A stretch of DNA of 64,000 bases, taken from Phormidium sp. (GTDB taxonomy: Bacteria > Cyanobacteriota > Cyanobacteriia > Cyanobacteriales > Aerosakkonemataceae). The position numbers and the translations under genes were made by a program. Positions 1-9,757 of this stretch are shown here, in pieces; position 1 is the stretch's first letter, and each line of letters starts with the position of its first letter. Under the pieces are notes generated by a model, which did not search any database, was not told where the DNA came from, and was given only the letters and a program-made list of their open reading frames with translations. Location of the stretch: positions 1 to 64,000 of the forward strand of contig CP143273.1 of the NCBI GenBank assembly GCA_051013385.1, in the 5' to 3' direction.

Positions 1-1371
1 GTGGACGATCGTCTTGAGAGTCTCTGGAGTCAAGTATTGGAACGGTTGCAGGTACAATTAAGCCGCCCCACTTTTGAAACCTGGATTAAAACCGCAGCGG
101 CTGAACAGCTGGAAAATAATTGTTTGGTGATTCGTACACCAAACCCATTTGCGCGGAATTGGCTTCAGAAGTACTATATCAAGACGATCGCAGATGTGGT
201 ACAGGACATTTTAGGTCATCCAGTAGAAATTTACTTCACTGTTGACCAAGGTGAGGAAAGCTCTACTCATACTAACACCCAAATTTTTTGGCCCCTGCCA
301 GATGAGGCGAAAACTTCCGAAAATGTGGAGAGACATCGACTAAAACCAAGCACACTCAATCCTAAGCACGTCTTTTCTCGGTTTGTAGTTGGGCCAAATA
401 ATCGCATGGCGCACGCTGCATCTTTAGCCGTTGCGGAATCTCCCGGAAGAGAGTTTAATCCTTTATTTCTTTGTGGTGGAGTTGGTTTAGGGAAAACTCA
501 TTTAATGCAAGCGATCGGTCATTATCGTTTAGAAATTGCACCTGATTCTAAAATATTTTATGTTTCTACTGAGCAATTTACTAATGATTTAATTGCAGCG
601 ATTCGTAAGGATAGTATGCAGAGTTTTCGGGAACATTATCGGGCGGCTGATGTAATTTTAGTGGATGATATTCAATTTATTGAAGGTAAGGAATATACTC
701 AAGAAGAGTTTTTCTATACTTTTAATACTTTACACGAAGCTGGTAAACAGGTGGTTCTAGCGTCCGATCGCCCCCCAAACCAAATCCCCCGTTTACAAGA
801 ACGGCTTTGTTCGAGGTTTTCTATGGGGTTAATTGCTGATATTCAAACCCCAAATTTAGAAACGAGAATGGCAATTTTGCAAAAAAAAGCCGAATATGAA
901 AATATGCGATTGCCTCGTGATGTAATTGAATATATTGCAACTAATTACACTTCTAATATCCGCGAATTAGAAGGGGCTTTAATTCGGGCTGTGGCTTATA
1001 TGTCTATTTCTGGATTGCCCATGACGGTGGAAAATATTGCCCCAATTTTAAATCCACCAACTGAGAAAGTAATGGTAACGCCAGAAGCAGTTTTAATGGT
1101 AATTACTGATGCTTTTAATGTGTCAATTGAGGATTTAAAAGGTAACTCTCGTCGCCGAGAAATTAGTGTGGCGAGACAAATTGCAATGTATTTGATGCGC
1201 CAACATACTGATTTGAGTTTACCTCGAATTGGTGAAGAGTTTGGCGGGAAAGATCATACAACTGTGATGTATAGCTGTGACAAAATTGCCCAATTGCGAG
1301 ATAGCGATCCGAGTATGGCACAGAGTTTGCGGCAGTTGAGCGATCGCATAAATCTAGCCAGTCGCGGATAA
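1..1371 (+). CDS. dnaA: Chromosomal replication initiator DnaA
   Basis: GTG start; Walker [14 protein letters not shown] Walker B region, C-terminal [11 protein letters not shown] domain IV motif. Confidence 0.99.
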   Translation: MDDRLESLWSQVLERLQVQLSRPTFETWIKTAAAEQLENNCLVIRTPNPFARNWLQKYYIKTIADVVQDILGHPVEIYFTVDQGEESSTHTNTQIFWPLPDEAKTSENVERHRLKPSTLNPKHVFSRFVVGPNNRMAHAASLAVAESPGREFNPLFLCGGVGLGKTHLMQAIGHYRLEIAPDSKIFYVSTEQFTNDLIAAIRKDSMQSFREHYRAADVILVDDIQFIEGKEYTQEEFFYTFNTLHEAGKQVVLASDRPPNQIPRLQERLCSRFSMGLIADIQTPNLETRMAILQKKAEYENMRLPRDVIEYIATNYTSNIRELEGALIRAVAYMSISGLPMTVENIAPILNPPTEKVMVTPEAVLMVITDAFNVSIEDLKGNSRRREISVARQIAMYLMRQHTDLSLPRIGEEFGGKDHTTVMYSCDKIAQLRDSDPSMAQSLRQLSDRINLASRG

Positions 1372-1405
1372 AACTTATATCGAAATATTGAAATATCGAA
1401 ATTCC

Positions 1406-1434
1406 GTAGGGGCACGCTACGCGAACGCCCCTAC
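1406..1434. repeat. REP-like GTAG hairpin downstream of dnaA
   Basis: gtaggggc...gcccctac inverted repeat. Confidence 0.6.
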
Positions 1435-1536
1435 AGTAATTTACCTGCACTGTAAACGCTACCCAAAAATAAAGCGATCGCACAACCCAAAAATTCCAGC
1501 TAAACTGAGGGCAGGATTGCTCAACTATCTCTAGTC

Positions 1537-2274
1537 ATGACTGTTGCCAAAGACTTAGAAATCTTAAATGACGATCTAGAAGCTGATGTCCTAGAGGATG
1601 TTATATTTCCTCCAGGTGACTTGCTCAGTGATGAACCACCCTTGGAAAACGAACTCCATTTACGACAGTTAATCTTGTTAATTCAATGCCTGGAGTGGTT
1701 TTGGCGCGACAGGCAAGACTTTTATGCCTTTGGTAATCTGACAATTTACTATAGTCCCCGTCAACGCAAATCAGAGAACTTCCGGGGTCCCGATTTTTTC
1801 GTGGTTTTAGGGACCGATCGCAAATCACGCAAAAGTTGGGTAGTTTGGGAAGAAGATGGCAAGTATCCCAATGTAATTGTAGAGGTGCTTTCTCCCAAGA
1901 CAGCAAAGATCGATCGGGGTTTGAAGAAGCAGCTGTACCAGGATACGTTTCGGACACCCGATTATTTTTGGTTTGACCCTAAAACGCTTGAATTCAAAGG
2001 GTTTCATCTGGTTGATGGACGATATCAAGAACTAATCCCAAACGAACAAGGGTGGTTGTGGAGCGAGCAGTTGGGATTGTGGTTAGGGATTCATGAGTCA
2101 ATGCTACGCTTGTTTACACAAGAAGGAGAATTAATCCCTGCGCCGGAAGAAGCTGTAGAGCAAGAACGCCAGCTTAAGGAACAGGAACGCCAACTTAAGG
2201 AACAAGCGGAGCAAAGGGCTGAACGCCTAGCTCAGAAGTTACGAGAATTGAATATCGATCCAACGAATTTGTAG
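1537..2274 (+). CDS. Uma2 family (PD-(D/E)XK) putative endonuclease
   Basis: GPDFFVV, WVVWEEDGKYPNVIVEVLS motifs, coiled-coil QER tail. Confidence 0.92.
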   Translation: MTVAKDLEILNDDLEADVLEDVIFPPGDLLSDEPPLENELHLRQLILLIQCLEWFWRDRQDFYAFGNLTIYYSPRQRKSENFRGPDFFVVLGTDRKSRKSWVVWEEDGKYPNVIVEVLSPKTAKIDRGLKKQLYQDTFRTPDYFWFDPKTLEFKGFHLVDGRYQELIPNEQGWLWSEQLGLWLGIHESMLRLFTQEGELIPAPEEAVEQERQLKEQERQLKEQAEQRAERLAQKLRELNIDPTNL

Positions 2275-2383
2275 GTTGGCGATCGCTTATTCTTTACTAA
2301 CTTAAGTTGCTAGTTACAAGTCTGACTCTTTCTTAGCCCCCCTTACTCAAGGGGGGAACTCCAAATCAAGTCAGAGCGATCGC

Positions 2384-4813
2384 TCACCGCCAATCTCCCT
2401 GCACAGTAAAAGCAGCCCAATAATAAGGCGATCGCCTATCCTGAGAATTCCACATTTCCAATTGTGCCTCTCGCAAAGCCTGAACCGGATTTTTTCCCCC
2501 TTGCAAAATCTTCTGATAAAACTTCGCCATTAACTCCGAAGTCGCCGCATCATTCACACTCCACAAACTGACAACCACTCGCCTTGAACCTGCATACATA
2601 AAACCTCTTGTCAAGCCCACCAAACCTTCACCTTTGACATTTTCACCCAATCCCGTTTCGCAAGCACTTAAAACTACTAATTCCGCAGGTAAATTCAGGT
2701 TAAAAATATCATGAAGGCGCAAAAAACCATCTTGAGATTTGCCATTTTGGTCGTAAAGAGATAGCACAATTCCTGATAATTCAGGATTGACAGAATCGAG
2801 TAAACCGTGAGTGGCAAAGTGGATAATTTGATATTGGGCTAAATCGGGATTAGTAGCTATTTGACGAGAAGCATTAAAATCAAAAGCTTGCAGACGTTGC
2901 GCTTCTGGAACGAAGGCGAGAATTTTATCAGCTTCAGTGCGAGTAAATTGCAGACGATCAAAAATTCTCCCACCTCCATCTTCCCCTAAACCTAAGTTAC
3001 GGGCGGCGCGATTCAAACTAAGTTGGGATAATGTATTGTTAGTTGGTGTGGGTGGATTGCCGGAAATGCGAGAATCTGTGAGACTGAAAACAGGGTCAGC
3101 AATCACGGCGACAGTTTTGGCGACAGGTGTACGATTTTGCAGTTGGCGACGTTGAATGGCAACAGTTGAGGCAGAAGGAAGGGTAACAATTTCGTTTTGA
3201 ACTAACAATGGATTGGTGGGAGAATTGGGGAGAGGTAATGCGGCAAAGGGAACAAATTGTAATGCTCCATCTCCTACAATTAGTAAACGTTTATTACCCA
3301 ATTGATTAGCGACAGGGGCGAGAAGTATTTTACTCAGTGGTAGTCCAGTATCGAGAGTTGCGGCATTATTTTTAGTAACAGATTCGCGGAAACTTTTCAC
3401 AGCAGCTTCGATTTCACTTTGTTTGGGAAGAACGTAACTGGTAATGCTGTTTTTGGTGACAGCCCAAAGAAAACTGCGGTCTTTACCAAGGGAATATTCT
3501 AAAAGTAAAGTATCGTCATCAAGTACTTGTTGTTGAATCTGTTGGAGATTCAAAGGTTGGGGATATTTCAGGTCAGCGTAGCGGGGACTATTGATGCGAA
3601 TTTGGGCTTCTACTTGTTTGAGTTGGTCAAGAAAATTATTGATTTTTTGTTTAATTTCACTGAATTCTTGTTCGCTATATTGACCGCTTCGGAGTTGATA
3701 TCTGCGATTTTCTAAAGCGTTGATTTGTTGTTGTAAGTTGCGTTCTTCTTCTAACAGTTTGGGGTCAACACCTTGACGAATGTTAGCCGTAGCTTCGGTG
3801 AGGAGTTCCAGGAGACTTCGGGCGCGGGTGCGTTCGCTAATGTACAATGCTTGACCATCATATCCTTGATGAGGGTTTTGTTGGTGCAATTGCATTAAGA
3901 GGTCGATGTAGAACTGGTAATAATCCTGAACGGTGGCAAAGTAGGATTGACGCAGTTCTTGAGAACCGATTTTGGTACGGAGGTCTTCGATAATGGTAAT
4001 GGCGGCTTCGATGTCTGTAACAGCTTCGGTGAGGTTGCCTTGACTGCGTTTGACGAAGGCTAAATTAAAGAGAGTTGTGGCTTCCCCTCTTATATCCCCC
4101 ACCGCCCGTGATAGGGGTAAGGATTGGTTGTAGTAGTCCAGGGCTTTCTGCTTTTCTTCCAGTGAGGAGTACACACTGCCAATATTCCTGAGAGTTGTGG
4201 CTTCCCCTCTTTTATCCCCCACCGCCCGTGATAGGGGTAAGGATTGATTGTAGTAGTCCAGGGCTTTCTGCTTTTCTCCCAGTGAGTTGTACACCTCGCC
4301 AATAACAGTGAGAGTTGTGGTTTCCCACCCTCTATCCCCCACCGCCCGTAGTAGTGGTAAGGCTTGATTGTAGTAGTCTAGGGCTTTCTGCTTTTCTCCC
4401 AGGTTGCCATTAATTCTGCCCATAAACAGCAGCGTGACGGCTTCCTTTCCTTTATTCCCAGCAGCATGATACAGTTGGCGGGCGGCTTCATACTTTTCCA
4501 ATGCTGCCCTTAATGATTCTGCTGTTCCTTGCTCAAATCCTTGCTCATATAGTTGTAAGCCTTCTTGAGCAAGTCTATCTGCTTCTGAGTTACTGCTATT
4601 TTGGGCGATGATGGTGTTTTGATTGGGTAAGAAACCGAGTTTCTTTAGTTCAGTGGGTTGGTCATTAAATACGCCCAGAAGAAACCCAATTTCTGAAGAT
4701 TTGGAAGTGGCTATTACCGACTCCGATAACAACGCCCCAAGGATAATTCCTGATACTGAAACGCCCTTGAGAAAAGCAAAAACCAATTTGTTCTGACTTG
4801 TTTTTCTGTTCAT
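2384..4813 (-). CDS. TPR-repeat CHAT domain protein, probable signal peptide
   Basis: Repeated ALDYYNQ.LPL.RAVGD TPRs; CHAT catalytic motifs IIHFATHG and [16 protein letters not shown]-terminus. Confidence 0.95.
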   Translation of the reverse strand: MNRKTSQNKLVFAFLKGVSVSGIILGALLSESVIATSKSSEIGFLLGVFNDQPTELKKLGFLPNQNTIIAQNSSNSEADRLAQEGLQLYEQGFEQGTAESLRAALEKYEAARQLYHAAGNKGKEAVTLLFMGRINGNLGEKQKALDYYNQALPLLRAVGDRGWETTTLTVIGEVYNSLGEKQKALDYYNQSLPLSRAVGDKRGEATTLRNIGSVYSSLEEKQKALDYYNQSLPLSRAVGDIRGEATTLFNLAFVKRSQGNLTEAVTDIEAAITIIEDLRTKIGSQELRQSYFATVQDYYQFYIDLLMQLHQQNPHQGYDGQALYISERTRARSLLELLTEATANIRQGVDPKLLEEERNLQQQINALENRRYQLRSGQYSEQEFSEIKQKINNFLDQLKQVEAQIRINSPRYADLKYPQPLNLQQIQQQVLDDDTLLLEYSLGKDRSFLWAVTKNSITSYVLPKQSEIEAAVKSFRESVTKNNAATLDTGLPLSKILLAPVANQLGNKRLLIVGDGALQFVPFAALPLPNSPTNPLLVQNEIVTLPSASTVAIQRRQLQNRTPVAKTVAVIADPVFSLTDSRISGNPPTPTNNTLSQLSLNRAARNLGLGEDGGGRIFDRLQFTRTEADKILAFVPEAQRLQAFDFNASRQIATNPDLAQYQIIHFATHGLLDSVNPELSGIVLSLYDQNGKSQDGFLRLHDIFNLNLPAELVVLSACETGLGENVKGEGLVGLTRGFMYAGSRRVVVSLWSVNDAATSELMAKFYQKILQGGKNPVQALREAQLEMWNSQDRRSPYYWAAFTVQGDWR
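4071..4400 (-). repeat. 120-bp tandem repeats encoding 40-aa TPR units
   Basis: agagttgtgg... recurs at 4071, 4191 and 4311. Confidence 0.9.
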
Positions 4814-4882
4814 TTTTTACCCATTACTGTGATTTTTATTAACATCATCCAGCTAATAACTCAAATTGTTAGTTACAGCTTT

Positions 4883-4959
4883 GATCCCCCCTAACCCCCC
4901 TTAATAAGGGGGGAACAAGAATTCAAAGTCCCCCTTATTAAGGGGGATTTAGGGGTATC
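4883..4959. repeat. Dispersed cyanobacterial CCCCC-TTAATAA-GGGGG palindromic repeat
   Basis: gatcccccctaaccccccttaataagggggg...cccccttattaagggggatttaggggtatc; related cccccttactcaaggggg near 2337. Confidence 0.8.
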
Positions 4960-5082
4960 AAAAGCCAAACTCGCAGCCAGTAGATTTTCATCCCTGATTC
5001 CTAAACTGCCACCATGCTGCTGAATTTGATCTCGATGAATGACTCGAACAACTTCTTCAGAAATCCATAATGGTTCATTCAC
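4891..5082 (-). pseudogene. Truncated death-on-curing (Doc/Fic) toxin
   Basis: N-terminal IH..QI..HGG..GIRDENLL..LA Doc motif; after about 40 aa the frame runs into the repeat and the Fic HPFxDGNKR motif is absent. Confidence 0.8.
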
Positions 5083-5318
5083 TGGGCTAATTCTCGTAAC
5101 GCATTTTTATACTTCTCACTAATCACTTGATAAGCTGCCATTGCTTTGTCAAATTCAGATTGTTCAATGGTTGCCGAATTATCCGGTTGAGTTTTCTGTG
5201 CTTCTTGTGTGAGAGTCTGTAAAAATACCAAAGCTTCTGCCAACAGTTCATCTGGTAATTCTCTGGCTAAGTTAACGATTTCTTGACGCATTTCTTGAGT
5301 CATAACATTTAGAAACAA
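5079..5318 (-). CDS. Putative antitoxin upstream of the Doc remnant
   Basis: C-terminal EFDKAM...KYKNALRELAQ typical of Doc-associated antitoxins; stop overlaps the toxin start. Confidence 0.7.
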   Translation of the reverse strand: MFLNVMTQEMRQEIVNLARELPDELLAEALVFLQTLTQEAQKTQPDNSATIEQSEFDKAMAAYQVISEKYKNALRELAQ

Positions 5319-5328
5319 AAACTACTAT

Positions 5329-5460
5329 GAGACATTTCCAGAAATTAAAGGTGCGTTACCACCGATTCCTTGTAGAGACGTTGTATACAACGTCTCTACA
5401 ATATTTTGTTGTATACAACGTCTCTACAATATTTTGTTGTATACAACGTCTCTACAATAT
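5329..5460. repeat. Left end of a MITE-like element plus three tandem 28-bp units from the GTAGAGACGTTGTATACAACGTCTCTAC palindrome
   Basis: Units ttgtatacaacgtctctacaatattttg at 5381, 5409 and 5437 (partial); 5' part resembles the element at 29405. Confidence 0.85.
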
Positions 5461-5461
5461 G

Positions 5462-6082
5462 TTATCGATGCCAATTTAACTCATCAAACGCAGTAGCGCC
5501 ACCAGCAAAACAACTATCTAAAACAACGGTGACATTTTCTGTTTTCAGGGCAGACATTAGCAAAAATAAAGTATGCCCCATGATGTCTTGCACAGTTCCC
5601 CCAACTTCGGGATATCCAGTAGGTAATTTACCATCAACTGGCACAAAAGTTCCGTTCAATCCTTGTTGATTTTGCTCAACAACAATGGGGTTAGGATCGA
5701 AGATGCGCGAACCATGTCCAGAATAGTGATAAACTACCACATCTCCGGGTTTAGCTTGTTTAATTAAATGTTCTTCAAAGGCGGTTAAAATTCCTTGTCT
5801 TGTGGCTTTGGTATCAGTTAAAACGAGAATATCTTTGGGATTAAATTTAAACCGATGAATTAGTAGATTTCGTTGCAATTCTATATCGTTGAGGCATCCT
5901 TCTAAAGGTTGGGAGGAATATTCATTAATGCCAACTAGTAATGCTAGTTTACGCGAGGTAGTTTGAGCTAGGACTTGCCCATAACGGTGCGCTTGCTGTT
6001 GGAATAATAGCTGATTAATTCCAAGGGCTGCTAATGCTGAGCTAGCTGATTGTAGGAGATGGCGACGAGTAATGCGAGTCAT
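5462..6082 (-). pseudogene. Caspase-family (peptidase C14) protein, C-terminally truncated, Tat-like leader
   Basis: MTRITRRHLL leader, KLALLVGIN, HYSGHG and LDSCF catalytic motifs; ORF ends about 15 aa after the catalytic Cys at the repeat. Confidence 0.8.
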
Positions 6083-6155
6083 AGCGAGATGGTGGGTAGG
6101 TTGAAGTTTATCAGGGATGGGTAGGTTTTGATTTGATATTATGTCGGCTTGATTA

Positions 6156-6199
6156 CCCATCCTGTAGAGACGTTGCATGCAACGTCTCTACAGGATGGG
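6156..6199. repeat. Perfect 44-bp palindrome (GTAGAGACGTTGCATGCAACGTCTCTAC family)
   Basis: cccatcctgtagagacgttgca|tgcaacgtctctacaggatggg. Confidence 0.9.
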
Positions 6200-6382
6200 A
6201 TGGGTATAACCTTTCTACAAGGTTTTGGATTTAAGGGTGCGATCGCTAATTAGCCAGACATGATTTCAATTTTATTCCGGGGCTTTCAAAATATAAGGTT
6301 AAACTCGCCCGGTATTTTATTCTGTAGCAAATTCGGGAAAAAGTCGGTATGTTAGGGGGAAAAGCTTTAAGTATAAATACTC

Positions 6383-6535
6383 TGTGGAAAACTTAGGGGT
6401 TTTTTCCACAAGTTTTCCACAGAATGATAAATCTAAAAAACAGAGATGACAGCTATTTTCAGAGTTTTTCCACATTTTCCACAGGCTTGGTAATTAAATC
6501 GTTATTAAAGTATATAAAAATACAAAAATCTTTAT
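6383..6535. promoter_or_regulatory. oriC: Replication origin oriC: five DnaA boxes plus AT-rich element
   Basis: TTTTCCACA at 6402, 6413, 6466, 6475 and reverse TGTGGAAAA at 6383; AT-rich 6490-6535; directly upstream of dnaN as in other cyanobacteria. Confidence 0.88.
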
Positions 6536-6592
6536 AGGTACGTTGTTGCGCTTCAGCGCCTTTCTTTCGCGCTGAAGCGCAACAACGTACCT
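6536..6592. repeat. AGGTACGTTGTTGCGCT palindromic repeat, copy 1
   Basis: 24-bp perfect arms; related copy at 7895-7964. Confidence 0.85.
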
Positions 6593-6601
6593 CCAGTGGG
6601 A

Positions 6602-6632
6602 TGGTGCGTTACACTGGCGTTAACGCACCCTA
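6602..6632. repeat. GGTGCGTTA...TAACGCACCCTAC repeat family
   Basis: Related copies at about 18491-18628 (split by a MITE) and about 56635-56658. Confidence 0.75.
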
Positions 6633-6721
6633 CAAATAGCGGCAACGATCGGCTGAAAATGATAGGATCTCTTTCTGAGCAAAGTTTGCCAGAGTTACTG
6701 CACTTGAAGATTTGAACGGCA

Positions 6722-7885
6722 ATGAAATTCATTTGTTCTCAAAATGACCTTAACACCCACCTTTCCTTAGTCAGTCGTGCAGTTCCCTCGCGCCCGACAC
6801 ATCCTGTACTGGCAAATGTTTTGTTGACAGCAGACAAGGAAACGCAGCGAGTTAGCTTGACTGGATTTGATTTGACTTTGGGGATTAAAACTAGTTTTGC
6901 TGCCCAAGTTACGGAAGATGGGATTATTACGCTACCAGCTAAGTTGCTGAATGATATTGTTTCCCGTTTACCGGATGGGGAGATGACGGTAAGTGATGAT
7001 GAGACGGTTGCGATCGCAACTCTAACCTGTGCTTCTGGAAGTTACCAAGTCCGAGGAATGGGCGCAGAAGAATTTCCCGAATTACCTTCTATTGAAGATG
7101 CCCAAACTGTTAATTTATCAGGGGAAACTTTAATCGAAGGGTTACATGGTACTCTCTTTGCTACTAGTGGCGATGAAACTAAACAAGTATTAACGGGAGT
7201 TCATTTAACTTTTGGCAGTGAAGGTTTAGAATTTGCTGCTACTGATGGTCATAGATTAGCAATGGTTGAGACTTTTAATCAACTAGAAGCAGCAGCAGAT
7301 ATAGATGATGAAGATTTAGATTTAAATGCTACTGTTCCCGCTAGGGCTTTAGGAGAATTAGAAAGAATTTTACGGATGAAACAATCAGGATCGGAATCTC
7401 ACGAACAACTTGTTTCTCTCCATTTTGGTCAGGGTCAAGTGGTTTTTGAATGGTTAGATCAACGCATTACTTCTCGTTTACTTGAGGGACAATATCCAGC
7501 TTATCGCCAGTTATTACCTCAAGGTTTTAATAAGTCTTTAACTGTGGAAAGAAAGCAGTTTTTAAGTGTTTTGGAACGGATTTCGGTTTTAACCGATCCG
7601 AAAAATCAAATTGTAAAAGCTACTTTGGATGGGGATAATCAAAAGATGACTTTATCTATTGAAGCTAAGGATGTGGGTAGTGGGAGAGAAATTATTCCAA
7701 TTCAGTTTTCTGGGGATAGTATGGAGATTGCTTTTAATGTGAAATATTTGATGGAAAGTTTGCGGAATATTAGTACTCAGGAGGTGCAAATGCAGTTAAA
7801 TAGTGCTACTAGTCCGGTGGTTTTACAGCCGTTGGGTGGTGCGAAGGCTACTCATTTGATTATGCCTGTACAATTGCGGAATTAG
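6722..7885 (+). CDS. dnaN: DNA polymerase III beta clamp
   Basis: ATDGHRL, RLLEGQYP, IAFNVKYL, LIMPVQLR motifs. Confidence 0.98.
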   Translation: MKFICSQNDLNTHLSLVSRAVPSRPTHPVLANVLLTADKETQRVSLTGFDLTLGIKTSFAAQVTEDGIITLPAKLLNDIVSRLPDGEMTVSDDETVAIATLTCASGSYQVRGMGAEEFPELPSIEDAQTVNLSGETLIEGLHGTLFATSGDETKQVLTGVHLTFGSEGLEFAATDGHRLAMVETFNQLEAAADIDDEDLDLNATVPARALGELERILRMKQSGSESHEQLVSLHFGQGQVVFEWLDQRITSRLLEGQYPAYRQLLPQGFNKSLTVERKQFLSVLERISVLTDPKNQIVKATLDGDNQKMTLSIEAKDVGSGREIIPIQFSGDSMEIAFNVKYLMESLRNISTQEVQMQLNSATSPVVLQPLGGAKATHLIMPVQLRN

Positions 7886-7894
7886 CGAAAGTTC

Positions 7895-7970
7895 AGGTAC
7901 GTTGTTGCGCTTGGGCGCTCTTAATTATCTATCGCTAAGAGCGCCCAAGCGCAACAACGTACCTTTTTTT
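7895..7970 (+). terminator. Palindromic repeat copy 2 followed by a T-run; probable intrinsic terminator of dnaN
   Basis: aggtacgttgttgcgcttgggcgctctta...taagagcgcccaagcgcaacaacgtacctttttt. Confidence 0.65.
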
Positions 7971-8004
7971 GAACGGCAGGGAAGAGAAGGAGGAGAAGTG
8001 CTAA

Positions 8005-8541
8005 ATGAGTGGTAAGGTGATTGAAATTCTTTCGGCGGAAGAGGTAAGACGCACTGTTAACCGCATGACTTCTCAGGTGGTGGAAAGGTGTCTTGATTTG
8101 TCTAAGTTGGCTTTGTTGGGAATTCATACTAGGGGTGTGCCTTTGGCGCATTTGATGGCAAGGCAGATTGATTTGTTGGAACAAATACAAGTGCCTGTTG
8201 GTGCTTTGGATATTACTTTTTATCGGGATGATCTCGATCGCATTGGTATGCGAGCTCCTTTAAAATCTGATATTCCTTTTGATATTTCGGGAAAGATGAT
8301 CGTCCTCGTAGATGATGTAATTTATAAGGGGCGAACTGTTCGGGCTGCACTAAATGCGGTGATTGAATATGGTAGACCAGAATCAATTTTATTGGCTGTG
8401 TTGGTGGATAGGGGGCATCGGGAGTTACCGATTCAACCGGATTTTACGGGAAAACAATTACCAACTGCTAAAGATGAACAGGTAAAAGTTTATCTGCAAG
8501 ATTTGGATGGGAAGGATGGTGTAGATTTAATTAAACCTTAA
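8005..8541 (+). CDS. pyrR: Bifunctional pyr regulator / uracil phosphoribosyltransferase
   Basis: [32 protein letters not shown] motifs. Confidence 0.96.
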   Translation: MSGKVIEILSAEEVRRTVNRMTSQVVERCLDLSKLALLGIHTRGVPLAHLMARQIDLLEQIQVPVGALDITFYRDDLDRIGMRAPLKSDIPFDISGKMIVLVDDVIYKGRTVRAALNAVIEYGRPESILLAVLVDRGHRELPIQPDFTGKQLPTAKDEQVKVYLQDLDGKDGVDLIKP

Positions 8542-8621
8542 AGTCTCAGCAAAAATTTTAGGGAAAAAAAGAATTATAATTAGTGTGATTAAGCCTATAT
8601 AGTAATTCAATTAGCTAATTT

Positions 8622-9650
8622 ATGGCAGAAACTCAGGTGCGAAAAGCAGACCATTTGCGGATATGTCTGGAAGAATCTGTACAATTTCAGCAAACTACTA
8701 ATGGTCTGGAAAAATATAAGTTTACTCACTGTTGTTTACCGGAAATTAATCGAGATGAAATAGATTTAACAACTAGTTTTTTGGGTAAAAAGTTGGCTGC
8801 ACCACTGCTAATTTCTTCGATGACTGGGGGTACGGAATTTGCAGGGGAAATTAATCAGAGGTTGGCGAAGATAGCGCAACATTATAACATTGCAATGGGT
8901 GTGGGTTCCCAAAGGGTGGCGGTGGAAGATCCGCAGGTGGGGAAAACTTTTGCGGTGCGATCGCACGCTCCCAACGCTCTCTTATTCGCTAACTTAGGGG
9001 CAGTCCAATTAAACTATGAATATGGCATCGATCAATGTGAAAAAGTTATTGATTTATTAGAGGCAGATGCGTTAATTTTACATTTGAATCCTTTGCAAGA
9101 ATGCGTGCAAACGAAAGGTGATACTAAGTTTGGGGGATTGCTAGATAAAATAGCAAAGTTATGTAAAAAATTGCCTGTCCCTGTGATCGCCAAAGAAGTC
9201 GGTAATGGTATTTCTGGGGAAATGGCGCAAAAGTTAATTGATGCGGGTGTTGCGGGAATTGATGTAGCTGGCGCGGGTGGGACTTCTTGGGCGAAGGTGG
9301 AAAGCGAAAGGGCGCAAGATCCGATGCAGCGACGTTTGGGGCAAACTTTTACTGATTGGGGCATTCCTACGGCAGAATGTATTGTTAGCGTCCGGGATGT
9401 TGCGCCTGATGTGCCTTTAATTGCTTCTGGGGGCTTGCGCGATGGCTTGGAGGTGGCGAAGGCGATCGCACTCGGCGCAGATCTCGCAGGTCTAGCAATG
9501 CCGTTTTTGCAAGCTGCGGCTGTCTCAGAAACAGCATTACACGAACTGGCGCAGGTGTTAATCGCAGAAATTACCACAGTGTTGTTTTGCACAGGTAATG
9601 CCACTCTCAAAGATTTGAAACACTCAAAAGCTTTAAAAAGATTAGGATAA
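8622..9650 (+). CDS. fni: Type 2 isopentenyl-diphosphate delta-isomerase
   Basis: [34 protein letters not shown] motifs. Confidence 0.96.
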   Translation: MAETQVRKADHLRICLEESVQFQQTTNGLEKYKFTHCCLPEINRDEIDLTTSFLGKKLAAPLLISSMTGGTEFAGEINQRLAKIAQHYNIAMGVGSQRVAVEDPQVGKTFAVRSHAPNALLFANLGAVQLNYEYGIDQCEKVIDLLEADALILHLNPLQECVQTKGDTKFGGLLDKIAKLCKKLPVPVIAKEVGNGISGEMAQKLIDAGVAGIDVAGAGGTSWAKVESERAQDPMQRRLGQTFTDWGIPTAECIVSVRDVAPDVPLIASGGLRDGLEVAKAIALGADLAGLAMPFLQAAAVSETALHELAQVLIAEITTVLFCTGNATLKDLKHSKALKRLG

Positions 9651-9757
9651 TGGTTAGTAGTTGGTAGTTAGTGCAAGAAGGCAGAAAGCTTTGATGCCGC
9701 ACTGCACTAGTAATTTGGCAAAACAACTAACAACTCACGACTAACAAGTAACAACTA

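Noticed and set aside
5381..5460. Three 28-bp repeats resembling a mini CRISPR array
   Set aside because: Units are head-to-tail with no unique spacers, derive from a dispersed palindrome, and no cas genes are in the window
7895..8004. PyrR-binding attenuator upstream of pyrR
   Set aside because: The hairpin belongs to a dispersed repeat family (copy at 6536) and I see no PyrR-binding loop consensus
9032..9610. 192-aa antisense ORF and similar shadow ORFs (e.g. 1625, 20379, 28468, 62832)
   Set aside because: They lie opposite well-supported genes and show no recognisable motifs
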